Assembly: GCF_009914755.1 (NCBI RefSeq)
Contig: NC_060940.1
Source: the human T2T-CHM13v2.0 reference genome, Homo sapiens
Length of the DNA stretch: 64,000 nt
Reading direction: 5' to 3' (one strand)
Part shown: positions 30,561-45,700 of the stretch, piece after piece
Layout: each line of letters starts with the position of its first letter
Numbering within the stretch: the first letter of the stretch is position 1
Notes under the pieces: generated by a model
The model's database searches: none
Seen by the model: only the letters and a program-made list of their open reading frames with translations
What the model was told of the DNA's origin: nothing
Translations under genes and position numbers: made by a program

Positions 30561-33500
30561 CGATTGCATTCGATTATGATTCATTTCGTGTTCATTCTAT
30601 GGTTCCACAGGTTTCCATTCGTGTCCATTCCATTATTCCATTCTATTCCATTTGATGATGATTCCATTCGATTCCATTCATTGGTGATTCCACTCAATTC
30701 CATTCAATGATTCCATTCCATTTCTTTCAACAATGATTCCATTAGTTTCTAATCGATGATCCACTTGATTCCATTTGACGACGATTCCATTCTTGTCCAT
30801 TCGATGATTCCATTTGATTCCATATGATGATGATTCCATTCGATTCCATACCATGATGATTCCATTCGAGTCCATTCAATGGTGATTCCATTCAATTCCA
30901 TTCGATGATTCCTTTTGATTCCATTCGATGATGATGGCATTCGATTCCTTTCAATCATTCCCTTTGATTCCATTCAAAGGTGATTTCATTCAAGTCCATT
31001 CGATAATTGCATTCGATTCCATTCTATGATGATTCCATTCGAGTCCATTTGATGATTCCATTCAATTCAAGTCAATGATGATTCCATTCGATTCCATTCG
31101 ATGATTCCATTGGATTCCATTCGATGATGATTCCATTCAAATCCATTCGATAATTCAATTCAAGTCCATTCGATGATGATTCCAATCGAATCCATTCAAA
31201 GATTCCATTCAGTTCCATTCGATGATTCCCTTAGATTCCATTCGATGATTCCACTTGATTGCATTTACGATGATTCCATTCGATTCCATGTGATGATTCC
31301 ATTCAATTCTATTCAACGATGTCTCCATTTGATTCCATTCGACCATGATTGCCTTTGATTCCATTCAATGATTCCATTCGGTTCCGTTTGATGATGATTC
31401 CGTTCGATTCCATTTGATGATTCCATTTGATTCCATTGGATGAGTCCATTCGATTACATTCGATGATTATTCCATTCGAGTGCATTAGATGATTCCATTC
31501 GAGTCCATTCGATGATTCCATTCGATTCCATTCGATGTTGATTCTGTTCAAATCCATTCGATGATTCCACTCGATTCCATTCGTTGACTCCATTTGATCC
31601 CATTCGATGATTTCCTTTGATTCCCTTTGATGATCATTCCATTTGATTCAATTCAGTGATTTCATTTGATTCCATTCAGTGATGTTTCCATTCGACTCCA
31701 TTCGATGATGATTCCATTCGACTCCATTCGATTATGATTTCATTCAATTCCATTCGATAATGATTCCCTTCGAGTCCATTCGATGATTCCATTCGATTCC
31801 ATTCAACGATGATTTGATTCGTGTCCATTCGATGATTCCATTTGATTCCACTTGATGATGATTCCATTCGAGTCCATTTGATGATTCCATTCAATTCCAT
31901 ACTCCGATGATTTCTTTTGAGCCCACTCAATGCTTCCACTCGATTCCATATGATGATGACTCCATTCGATGAAATTCGATGATGATTCCATTCGCTTGCT
32001 TTCGATGATGATTCCACTTGAGTCCGTTAGAAGATTCTATTCAATTACATTCCATGACGATTCCGTTCGAGTCCATTTGATGATTCCATTAGACTCCATT
32101 CGACGATGATTCCATTCGATGTTATTCGATGATTCCATTCGATCTCATTCGATGATGATTCCATTCAACTCCATTCGATGTTTCCATTCGAGTTCATTCT
32201 ATTATTCCATTAGATTCCATTCGATGATGATTCCATTCGATTCCATTTGATGATTGCATTCTATTACATTTGATGATGATTCCATTCGAGTCCACTCGAT
32301 GATTCCATTCGAGTCCATTTAATGAATCCATTGGTTTCAATTCTATGATGATTACATTGGATTCCATTCGTTGATGATTTCATTCGGTTCCATTCAATGA
32401 TGATTCCATTCAATTCCTTTCAATGTTTCCATTCAATTCCATACGATGATGATTCCATTTGATTTGATTCGACAGTGAGCCATTCGATTCAATTCCATGA
32501 TGATTCTATTTGATTCAATTGGTTGACATTTCCATTCGATTCCATTCGATGATGATTCCCTTTGATTCCGTTCAAAGATGATTCCATTCTAGCCCATTCA
32601 ATCATTCCATTCGATTCTATTCAATGATGATTCCATTCATGTCGATTTGGTGATTCCATTTGACTTCATTTGATGATGATTCCTTTCAAGTTCATTAGAT
32701 GATTCCATTCGATTCCATTTGATGATGATCCCATTCGAGTCCATTCAGTGATTCCATTCGTTTCCATTCCATGATGATTCCATTCCTTTCCATTCAATGA
32801 TTCCATTCGATTCCGTTTGATGATGATTTCATTCGAGTCCATTTGATGATTCCATTTGATTCCATTCGATGATGATTCCATTCGAGTCCATTCGATGATT
32901 CTATTCGAATCCATTTGATGATTTCTTTTGATTATATTTAGTGATGATTCCATTGGAGTCCATTCAATGATTCCATTCTATTCCAATCGATGATGATTCC
33001 ATTAGAGTCCATTTAATGATTCCATTTGATTCCAGTCTCTGATGATTACATTCGAGTCCATACAATGATTCCACTCAATTCCATATGATGATGATTCCAT
33101 TTGATTCCATTCGGTGATTCCATTCTATTCTATTCAATGGTGATTCCATTCGAGTACATTAGATGATTCCATTCGATTCCATTCAATGATGATTCTATTT
33201 GTGTCCCTTAGATGATTCCACATGATTCCATTAGATGATGATACTATTTGAGCCCATCCAATGATTCCCTTCGATTCCATTCGATGAGGATTCCATTCGA
33301 TTCAATTCATTGGTGATTCTATTCAATTCAATTCTTTGATTCCATTCCATTCCATTCGACAATGATTCCATTCGATTTCTTTCGATGATTCCACTCGATT
33401 CCACTTGACATTGATTCCATTTGATTCCATTCAATGATTCCATTTGATTCCAGTGGATGATGATTGCCATCGATTCCATTCGATCACTCCATTCTATTCC

Positions 33501-36500
33501 ATTTGATGATGATTACATTCGATTCCATTTGATGATTCCATCTGATTCTATTCGAGGATTCCATTTGATTCCATTCGATGATGATTCCATTCGAGTCCAT
33601 TCGATGATTTCATTCGAGTACATCCAATGATTCCATTCGAGTCCATTAGATGATTCCATTTGATTCCATTTGAAAATGATTCTACTAGAGTCCATTCAAT
33701 GACTCCATTCGAGTCCATTCAACAATTCCATTCGACTCCATTCGATGATTCCATTCGATTCCATTTGATGGTTCCATTCGAGTCCATTTAATCATTACAG
33801 TCGAGTCCATTTGGTGATTCCACTGGATTTCTTTTGATAATGATACCATTCAATTACATTTGATGATGATCCCATTCAATTTCATTTGATGATGATTCCA
33901 TTAGAGTCCATTCGATGATTTCATTCGAGTCCCTTCATTGATTCCATCCGATTTCATTGGATGATGACTCCATTCGAGTCCATTCGATGATTCCACTCGA
34001 TTCCATTAGATGACTCCATTGGAGTCCATTTGATTGTTCCATTCGATTCCATTCGATTCCTTTCGAAGATTATTCCATTTGAGTCCATTCGATGATGATT
34101 CCATTCCATTCCATTCGATGATTCCGTTTGATTCCATTCGATGATTCCCTTCAATTCCTTTCTTTGATGATTCCATTCCATTCCATTCAATGATTCCATT
34201 CGAATCTATTCCATGATGATTCCTTTCGATTCCATTCGCTGATGTTTCCGTTCAATTCCATTCGATGATGATTCCATTCGATTCCATTCATTGAGGATTC
34301 CATTTGATTCCATTCAATGATGATTCCATTCTATTCCATTCAATGATTGCATTCAATTCCATTCAATGATTATCCCATTAGAGTAAACTCAACGATTCCA
34401 TTCAATACCATTCGATGATGATTCCTTTTGAGTCCATTCAATGATTTCATTCAAGTCCATTTGATGATTCCTTTCAATTCCATTCTATGATGATTCCATT
34501 CGAGTCCATTCGATGATTCCATTCGATTGCATTCGATGATTCCATTATATTCCATTCAACGGTGATTCCATTCGAGTCCATTCCATGATTCCATTAGAGT
34601 ACATTTAATGATTGCTTTGTTTTCAATTCGAAGATGATTACATTGGATTCCATTCTATGATACCATTCGATTCCATTCAATGATGATTCCACTCAAATCC
34701 ATTGGATGATTCCATTCGTGTCCATTCGGTGATTTCATTAGATTCCATTCGAGGATGATTCCATTCGATTCCATTCGATGATTCCATTCAATTCCATTCG
34801 ATGATGATTCCATTCCAGTCCATATGATCATTCCATTTGATTTCATTCGATGATGATTCCATTCGATTCGATTCGACGATTCCATTCTATTCCATTCGAT
34901 GATGATTCCATTCGAGTCCATTCGATCATTCCATTCGAGTCCATTTAATGATTCCATTGGGTTCAATTCAATGATGATTACATTGGATTCCGTTCTATGA
35001 TTCCATTCAATTCCGTTCATTGACAATTTGATTCCATTCGATGATGATTCCATTTGAGTTCATTCGATGATTCTATTCGATTCTCTTCGATGGTGATTCA
35101 ATTCTATTATATTGGATGATTCCATTCGATTCCATTTGATGTTGATTCAATTCGATTCTATTCGATGATGATTCCATTGGATTTCACTTGATGATTCTAT
35201 TCGATTCCATTCAATGATGATTCACTTCTCGTCCATTGGATGATTCCATTTCATTCCATTCAATGATGATTCCATTCGATTCCATTCGATGATTCCATTT
35301 GATTCCATGCGACGGTGAGCAATTCGATTCAATTCCATGATGATTCTATTTGATTCAATTAGATGATGTTTCCATTCGAATCCATTCCATGATTATTCCA
35401 TTGGAATCCATTCGGCGATGATTCCATATGAGTCAATTCAATGATGATTCCATATGGGTCCGTTCGATGATAATTCCATTTGATTTCATTCGATGCTTCT
35501 ATTCTATTCCAGTCGATGATGATTCCGTTGGAGTCCATACGATGATTCCATTTGATTTCATTTGATGATGATTCCATTCGATGATGATTACATTGGATTC
35601 CATTCTATGATTCCATTCAATTCCATTTGTTGATGATTCGATTCCATTCAATGATGATTCCATTTGAGTTCATTCGATGATTCTATTCGATTCCGTTCGA
35701 TGGTGATTCAATTCTATTATATTGGATGATTCCAGTCGATTCCATTTGATGATTATTCCATTGGAGTCCACTTAGTGAATCCTTTAGATTCTACTCGACG
35801 ATGATTCCATTCGAGTCCATTCGATGATACCATTCAATTCCATTCGTTGATTCTTCCATTCAAGTGCATTCGATGATATCATTCGATTCCATTTGATGAT
35901 AATTCCATTTGATTCCATGCGATGATTCTATTCGATTCCATTCAATGATAATTCCATTCAATTCAGTGATTCCTCTGGACTCCATTTGATGATGATTCCA
36001 TTCAATGATTCCATTCGATTCTATTCGAAAATGATTCCATTTGAATCCATTTGATGATGATTCCATTAGATTCCATTTGATGATTCCATTCGATTCCATT
36101 CGACGATGATTCCATTCGATTCCGTTTGATGATTCCATTCTATTCTATTCGATGATGATTCCATTCGATTCCATTCGATGATGATTGGATTCGATTCCAT
36201 TTGATGATTTCATTTGATTCCATTCGTTAATGATTTCGATCAATTCCATTCGATGATTCCATTCGATTCCATTCGATAATGATTACATCCGAGTCCATTC
36301 GATGATTCCCTTTGAGCCTGTTCGATAATTCCATTTGAGTCCAACCAATGATTCCATTCATTTCCATTCAATGATTCCATTCGAGTCCATTTGATCATTC
36401 CGGTAGGGTCCATTCGATGTTGATTCCATTGGAGTGCATTCGATGATTCCATTCGAGTCCATTTTAGGATTTGATTCGAGTCCTTTCGATGATTCCATTC

Positions 36501-36646
36501 GATTCCACTCGATGATGATTTCATTCGAGTCCATTCGACACTTCCAATCGATTCCATTTGATGATTCCATTCGAGTCCAATTGATGATTCCATTCAATTC
36601 CATTCTGTGATGATTCCATGTGATTGCATTCAATGATGATTCCTTT
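30561..36646 (+). repeat. HSat2 unit 6, 6086-bp variant (26-bp deletion)
   Basis: Offset +30560. The next unit starts 6086 bp later (ORF 30678 -> 36764). gatgatgattccgtacgattccattc is missing after 36605. Confidence 0.95.
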
Positions 36647-39600
36647 CGATTGCATTCGATTATGATTCATTTCGTGTTCATTCTATGGTTCCACAGGTTT
36701 CCATTCGTGTCCATTCCATTATTCCATTCTATTCCATTTGATGATGATTCCATTCGATTCCATTCATTGGTGATTCCACTCAATTCCATTCAATGATTCC
36801 ATTCCATTTCTTTCAACAATGATTCCATTAGTTTCTAATCGATGATCCACTTGATTCCATTTGACGACGATTCCATTCTTGTCCATTCGATGATTCCATT
36901 TGATTCCATATGATGATGATTCCATTCGATTCCATACCATGATGATTCCATTCGAGTCCATTCAATGGTGATTCCATTCAATTCCATTCGATGATTCCTT
37001 TTGATTCCATTCGATGATGATGGCATTCAATTCCTTTCAATCATTCCCTTTGATTCCATTCAAAGGTGATTTCATTCAAGTCCATTCGATAATTGCATTC
37101 GATTCCATTCTATGATGATTCCATTCGAGTCCATTTGATGATTCCATTCAATTCAAGTCAATGATGATTCCATTCGATTCCATTCGATGATTCCATTGGA
37201 TTCCATTCGATGATGATTCCATTCAAATCCATTCGATAATTCAATTCAAGTCCATTCGATGATGATTCCAATCGAATCCATTCAAAGATTCCATTCAGTT
37301 CCATTCGATGATTCCCTTAGATTCCATTCGATGATTCCACTTGATTGCATTTACGATGATTCCATTCGATTCCATGTGATGATTCCATTCAATTCTATTC
37401 AATGATGTCTCCATTTGATTCCATTCGACCATGATTGCCTTTGATTCCATTCAATGATTCCATTCGGTTCCGTTTGATGATGATTCCGTTCGATTCCATT
37501 TGATGATTCCATTTGATTCCATTGGATGAGTCCATTCGATTACATTCGATGATTATTCCATTCGAGTGCATTAGATGATTCCATTCGAGTCCATTCGATG
37601 ATTCCATTCGATTCCATTCGATGTTGATTCTGTTCAAATCCATTCGATGATTCCACTCGATTCCATTCGTTGACTCCATTTGATCCCATTCGATGATTTC
37701 CTTTGATTCCCTTTGATGATCATTCCATTTGATTCAATTCGGTGATTTCATTTGATTCCATTCAGTGATGTTTCCATTCGACTCCATTCGATGATGATTC
37801 CATTCGACTCCATTCGATTATGATTTCATTCAATTCCATTCGATAATGATTCCCTTCGAGTCCATTCGATGATTCCATTCGATTCCATTCAACGATGATT
37901 TGATTCGTGTCCATTCGATGATTCCATTTGATTCCACTTGATGATGATTCCATTCGAGTCCATTTGATGATTCCATTCAATTCCATACTCCGATGATTTC
38001 TTTTGAGCCCACTCAATGCTTCCACTCGATTCCATATGATGATGACTCCATTCGATGAAATTCGATGATGATTCCATTCGCTTGCTTTCGATGATGATTC
38101 CACTTGAGTCCGTTAGAAGATTCTATTCAATTACATTCCATGACGATTCCATTCGAGTCCATTTGATGATTCCATTAGACTCCATTCGACGATGATTCCA
38201 TTCGATGTTATTCGATGATTCCATTCGATCTCATTCGATGATGATTCCATTCAACTCCATTCGATGTTTCCATTCGAGTTCATTCTATTATTCCATTAGA
38301 TTCCATTCGATGATGATTCCATTCGATTCCATTTGATGATTGCATTCTATTTCATTTGATGATGATTCCATTCGAGTCCACTCGATGATTCCATTCGAGT
38401 CCATTTAATGAATCCATTGGTTTCAATTCTATGATGATTACATTGGATTCCATTCGTTGATGATTTCATTCGGTTCCATTCAATGATGATTCCATTCAAT
38501 TCCTTTCAATGTTTCCATTCAATTCCATACGATGATGATTCCATTTGATTTGATTCGACAGTGAGCCATTCGATTCAATTCCATGATGATTCTATTTGAT
38601 TCAATTGGTTGACATTTCCATTCGATTCCATTCGATGATGATTCCCTTTGATTCCGTTCAAAGATGATTCCATTCTAGCCCATTCAATCATTCCATTCGA
38701 TTCTATTCAATGATGATTCCATTCATGTCGATTTGGTGATTCCATTTGACTTCATTTGATGATGATTCCTTTCAAGTTCATTAGATGATTCCATTCGATT
38801 CCATTTGATGATGATCCCATTCGAGTCCATTCAGTGATTCCATTCGTTTCCATTCCATGATGATTCCATTCCTTTCCATTCAATGATTCCATTCGATTCC
38901 GTTTGATGATGATTTCATTCGAGTCCATTTGATGATTCCATTTGATTCCATTCGATGATGATTCCATTCGAGTCCATTCGATGATTCTATTCGAATCCAT
39001 TTGATGATTTCTTTTGATTATAGTTGGTGATGATTCCATTGGAGTCCATTCAATGATTCCATTCTATTCCAATCGATGATGATTCCATTAGAGTCCATTT
39101 AATGATTCCATTTGATTCCAGTCTCTGATGATTACATTCGAGTGCATACGATGATTCCACTCAATTCCATATGATGATGATTCCATTTGATTCCATTCGG
39201 TGATTCCATTCTATTCTATTCAATGGTGATTCCATTCGAGTACATTAGATGATTCCATTCGATTCCATTCAATGATGATTCTATTTGTGTCCCTTAGATG
39301 ATTCCACATGATTCCATTAGATGATGATACTATTTGAGCCCATCCAATGATTCCCTTCGATTCCATTCGATGAGGATTCCATTCGATTCAATTCATTGGT
39401 GATTCTATTCAATTCAATTCTTTGATTCCATTCCATTCCATTCGACAATGATTCCATTCGATTTCTTTCGATGATTCCACTCGATTCCACTTGATATTGA
39501 TTCCATTCGATTCCATTCAATGATTCCATTTGATTCCAGTGGATGATGATTGCCATCGATTCCATTCGATCACTCCATTCTATTCCATTTGATGATGATT

Positions 39601-42600
39601 ACATTCGATTCCATTTGATGATTCCATCTGATTCTATTCGAGGATTCCATTTGATTCCATTCGATGATGATTCCATTCGAGTCCATTCGATGATTTCATT
39701 CGAGTACATCCAATGATTCCATTCGAGTCCATTAGATGATTCCATTTGATTCCATTTGAAAATGATTCTACTAGAGTCCATTCAATGACTCCATTCGAGT
39801 CCATTCAACAATTCCATTCGACTCCATTCGATGATTCCATTCGATTCCATTTGATGGTTCCATTCGAGTCCATTTAATCATTACAGTCGAGTCCATTTGT
39901 TGATTCCACTGGATTTCTTTTGATAATGATACCATTCAATTACATTTCATGATGATCCCATTCAATTTCATTTGATGATGATTCCATTAGAGTCCATTCG
40001 ATGATTTCATTCGAGTCCCTTCATTGATTCCATCCGATTTCATTGGATGATGACTCCATTCGAGTCCATTCGATGATTCCACTCGATTCCATTAGATGAC
40101 TCCATTGGAGTCCATTTGATTGTTCCATTCGATTCCATTCGATTCCTTTCGAAGATTATTCCATTTGAGTCCATTCGATGATGATTCCATTCCATTCCAT
40201 TCGATGATTCCGTTTGATTCCATTCGATGATTCCCTTCGATTCCTTTCTTTGATGATTCCATTCCATTCCATTCAATGATTCCATTCGAATCTATTCCAT
40301 GATGATTCCTTTCGATTCCATTCGCTGATGTTTCCGTTCAATTCCATTCGATGATGATTCCATTCGATTCCATTCATTGAGGATTCCATTTGATTCCATT
40401 CAATGATGATTCCATTCTATTCCATTCAATGATTGCATTCAATTCCATTCAATGATTATCCCATTAGAGTAAACTCAACGATTCCATTCAATACCATTCG
40501 ATGATGATTCCTTTTGAGTCCATTCAATGATTTCATTCAAGTCCATTTGATGATTCCTTTCAATTCCATTCTATGATGATTCCATTCGAGTCCATTCGAT
40601 GATTCCATTCGATTGCATTCGATGATTCCATTATATTCCATTCAACGGTGATTCCATTCGAGTCCATTCCATGATTCCATTAGAGTACATTTAATGATTG
40701 CTTTGTTTTCAATTCGAAGATGATTACATTGGATTCCATTCTATGATACCATTCGATTCCATTCAATGATGATTCCACTCAAATCCATTGGATGATTCCA
40801 TTCGTGTCCATTCGGTGATTTCATTAGATTCCATTCGAGGATGATTCCATTCGATTCCATTCGATGATTCCATTCAATTCCATTCGATGATGATTCCATT
40901 CCAGTCCATATGATCATTCCATTTGATTTCATTCGATGATGATTCCATTCGATTCGATTCGACGATTCCATTCTATTCCATTCGATGATGATTCCATTCG
41001 AGTCCATTCGATCATTCCATTCGAGTCCATTTAATGATTCCATTGGGTTCAATTCAATGATGATTACATTGGATTCCGTTCTATGATTCCATTCAATTCC
41101 GTTCATTGACAATTTGATTCCATTCGATGATGATTCCATTTGAGTTCATTCGATGATTCTATTCGATTCTCTTCGATGGTGATTCAATTCTATTATATTG
41201 GATGATTCCATTCGATTCCATTTGATGTTGATTCAATTCGATTCTATTCGATGATGATTCCATTGGATTTCACTTGATGATTCTATTCGATTCCATTCAA
41301 TGATGATTCACTTCTCGTCCATTGGATGATTCCATTTCATTCCATTCAATGATGATTCCATTCGATTCCATTCGATGATTCCATTTGATTCCATGCGACG
41401 GTGAGCAATTCGATTCAATTCCATGATGATTCTATTTGATTCAATTAGATGATGTTTCCATTCGAATCCATTCCATGATTATTCCATTGGAATCCATTCG
41501 GCGATGATTCCATATGAGTCAATTCAATGATGATTCCATATGGGTCCGTTCGATGATAATTCCATTTGATTTCATTCGATGCTTCTATTCTATTCCAGTC
41601 GATGATGATTCCGTTGGAGTCCATACGATGATTCCATTTGATTTCATTTGATGATGATTCCATTCGATGATGATTACATTGGATTCCATTCTATGATTCC
41701 ATTCAATTCCATTCGTTGATGATTCGATTCCATTCAATGATGATTCCATTTGAGTTCATTCGATGATTCTATTCGATTCCGTTCGATGGTGATTCAATTC
41801 TATTATATTGGATGATTCCACTCGATTCCATTTGATGATTATTCCATTGGAGTCCACTTAGTGAATCCTTTAGATTCTACTCGACGATGATTCCATTCGA
41901 GTCCATTCGATGATACCATTCAATTCCATTCGTTGATGCTTCCATTCAAGTGCATTCGATGATATCATTCGATTCCATTTGATGATAATTCCATTTGATT
42001 CCATGCGATGATTCTATTCGATTCCATTCCATGATAATTCCATTCAATTCAGTGATTCCTCTGGACTCCATTTGATGATGATTCCATTCAATGATTCCAT
42101 TCGATTCCATTCGAAAATGATTCCATTTGAATCCATTTGATGATGATTCCATTAGATTCCATTTGATGATTCCATTCGATTCCATTCGGCGATGATTCCA
42201 TTCGATTCCGTTTGATGATTCCATTCTATTCTATTCGATGATGATTCCATTCGATTCCATTCGATGATGATTGGATTCGATTCCATTTGATGATTTCATT
42301 TGATTCCATTCGTTAATGATTTCGATCAATTCCATTCGATGATTCCATTCGATTCCATTCGATAATGATTACATCCGAGTCCATTCGATGATTCCCTTTG
42401 AGCCTGTTCGATAATTCCATTTGAGTCCAACCAATGATTCCATTCATTTCCATTCAATGATTCCATTCGAGTCCATTTGATCATTCCGGTAGGGTCCATT
42501 CGATGTTGATTCCATTGGAGTGCATTCGATGATTCCATTCGAGTCCATTTTAGGATTTGATTCGAGTCCTTTCGATGATTCCATTCGATTCCACTCGATG

Positions 42601-42758
42601 ATGATTTCATTCGAGTCCATTCGACACTTCCAATCGATTCCATTTGATGATTCCATTCGAGTCCAATTGATGATTCCATTCAATTCCATTCGATGATGAT
42701 TCCGTACGATTCCATTCTGTGATGATTCCATGTGATTGCATTCAATGATGATTCCTTT
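36647..42758 (+). repeat. HSat2 unit 7 (6112 bp)
   Basis: Offset +36646. Confidence 0.95.
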
Positions 42759-45700
42759 CGATTGCATTCGATTATGATTCATTTCGTGTTCATTCTATGG
42801 TTCCACAGGTTTCCATTCGTGTCCATTCCATTATTCCATTCTATTCCATTTGATGATGATTCCATTCGATTCCATTCATTGGTGATTCCACTCAATTCCA
42901 TTCAATGATTCCATTCCATTTCTTTCAACAATGATTCCATTAGTTTCTAATCGATGATCCACTTGATTCCATTTGACGACGATTCCATTCTTGTCCATTC
43001 GATGATTCCATTTGATTCCATATGATGATGATTCCATTCGATTCCATACCATGATGATTCCATTCGAGTCCATTCAATGGTGATTCCATTCAATTCCATT
43101 CGATGATTCCTTTTGATTCCATTCGATGATGATGGCATTCAATTCCTTTCAATCATTCCCTTTGATTCCATTCAAAGGTGATTTCATTCAAGTCCATTCG
43201 ATAATTGCATTCGATTCCATTCTATGATGATTCCATTCGAGTCCATTTGATGATTCCATTCAATTCAAGTCAATGATGATTCCATTCGATTCCATTCGAT
43301 GATTCCATTGGATTCCATTCGATGATGATTCCATTCAAATCCATTCGATAATTCAATTCAAGTCCATTCGATGATGATTCCAATCGAATCCATTCAAAGA
43401 TTCCATTCAGTTCCATTCGATGATTCCCTTAGATTCCATTCGATGATTCCACTTGATTGCATTTACGATGATTCCATTCGATTCCATGTGATGATTCCAT
43501 TCAATTCTATTCAATGATGTCTCCATTTGATTCCATTCGACCATGATTGCCTTTGATTCCATTCAATGATTCCATTCGGTTCCGTTTGATGATGATTCCG
43601 TTCGATTCCATTTGATGATTCCATTTGATTCCATTGGATGAGTCCATTCGATTACATTCGATGATTATTCCATTCGAGTGCATTAGATGATTCCATTCGA
43701 GTCCATTCGATGATTCCATTCGATTCCATTCGATGTTGATTCTGTTCAAATCCATTCGATGATTCCACTCGATTCCATTCGTTGACTCCATTTGATCCCA
43801 TTCGATGATTTCCTTTGATTCCCTTTAATGATCATTCCATTTGATTCAATTCGGTGATTTCATTTGATTCCATTCAGTGATGTTTCCATTCGACTCCATT
43901 CGATGATGATTCCATTCGACTCCATTCGATTATGATTTCATTCAATTCCATTCGATAATGATTCCCTTCGAGTCCATTCGATGATTCCATTCGATTCCAT
44001 TCAACGATGATTTGATTCGTGTCCATTCGATGATTCCATTTGATTCCACTTGATGATGATTCCATTCGAGTCCATTTGATGATTCCATTCAATTCCATAC
44101 TCCGATGATTTCTTTTGAGCCCACTCAATGCTTCCACTCGATTCCATATGATGATGACTCCATTCGATGAAATTCGATGATGATTCCATTCGCTTGCTTT
44201 CGATGATGATTCCACTTGAGTCCGTTAGAAGATTCTATTCAATTACATTCCATGACGATTCCGTTCGAGTCCATTTGATGATTCCATTAGACTCCATTCA
44301 ACGATGATTCCATTCGATGTTATTCGATGATTCCATTCGATCTCATTCGATGATGATTCCATTCAACTCCATTCGATGTTTCCATTCGAGTTCATTCTAT
44401 TATTCCATTAGATTCCATTCGATGATGATTCCATTCGATTCCATTTGATGATTGCATTCTATTTCATTTGATGATGATTCCATTCGAGTCCACTCGATGA
44501 TTCCATTCGAGTCCATTTAATGAATCCATTGGTTTCAATTCTACGATGATTACATTGGATTCCATTCGTTGATGATTTCATTCGGTTCCATTCAATGATG
44601 ATTCCATTCAATTCCTTTCAATGTTTCCATTCAATTCCATACGATGATGATTCCATTTGATTTGATTCGACAGTGAGCCATTCGATTCAATTCCATGATG
44701 ATTCTATTTGATTCAATTGGTTGACATTTCCATTCGATTCCATTCGATGATGATTCCCTTTGATTCCGTTCAAAGATGATTCCATTCTAGCCCATTCAAT
44801 CATTCCATTCGATTCTATTCAATGATGATTCCATTCATGTCGATTTGGTGATTCCATTTGACTTCATTTGATGATGATTCCTTTCAAGTTCATTAGATGA
44901 TTCCATTCGATTCCATTTGATGATGATCCCATTCGAGTCCATTCAGTGATTCCATTCGTTTCCATTCCATGATGATTCCATTCCTTTCCATTCAATGATT
45001 CCATTCGATTCCGTTTGATGATGATTTCATTCGAGTCCATTTGATGATTCCATTTGATTCCATTCGATGATGATTCCATTCGAGTCCATTCGATGATTCT
45101 ATTCGAATCCATTTGATGATTTCTTTTGATTATAGTTGGTGATGATTCCATTGGAGTCCATTCAATGATTCCATTCTATTCCAATCGATGATGATTCCAT
45201 TAGAGTCCATTTAATGATTCCATTTGATTCCAGTCTCTGATGATTACATTCGAGTGCATACGATGATTCCACTCAATTCCATATGATGATGATTCCATTT
45301 GATTCCATTCGGTGATTCCATTCTATTCTATTCAATGGTGATTCCATTCGAGTACATTAGATGATTCCATTCGATTCCATTCAATGATGATTCTATTTGT
45401 GTCCCTTAGATGATTCCACATGATTCCATTAGATGATGATACTATTTGAGCCCATCCAATGATTCCCTTCGATTCCATTCGATGAGGATTCCATTCGATT
45501 CAATTCATTGGTGATTCTATTCAATTCAATTCTTTGATTCCATTCCATTCCATTCGACAATGATTCCATTCGATTTCTTTCGATGATTCCACTCGATTCC
45601 ACTTGACATTGATTCCATTCGATTCCATTCAATGATTCCATTTGATTCCAGTGGATGATGATTGCCATCGATTCCATTCGATCACTCCATTCTATTCCAT

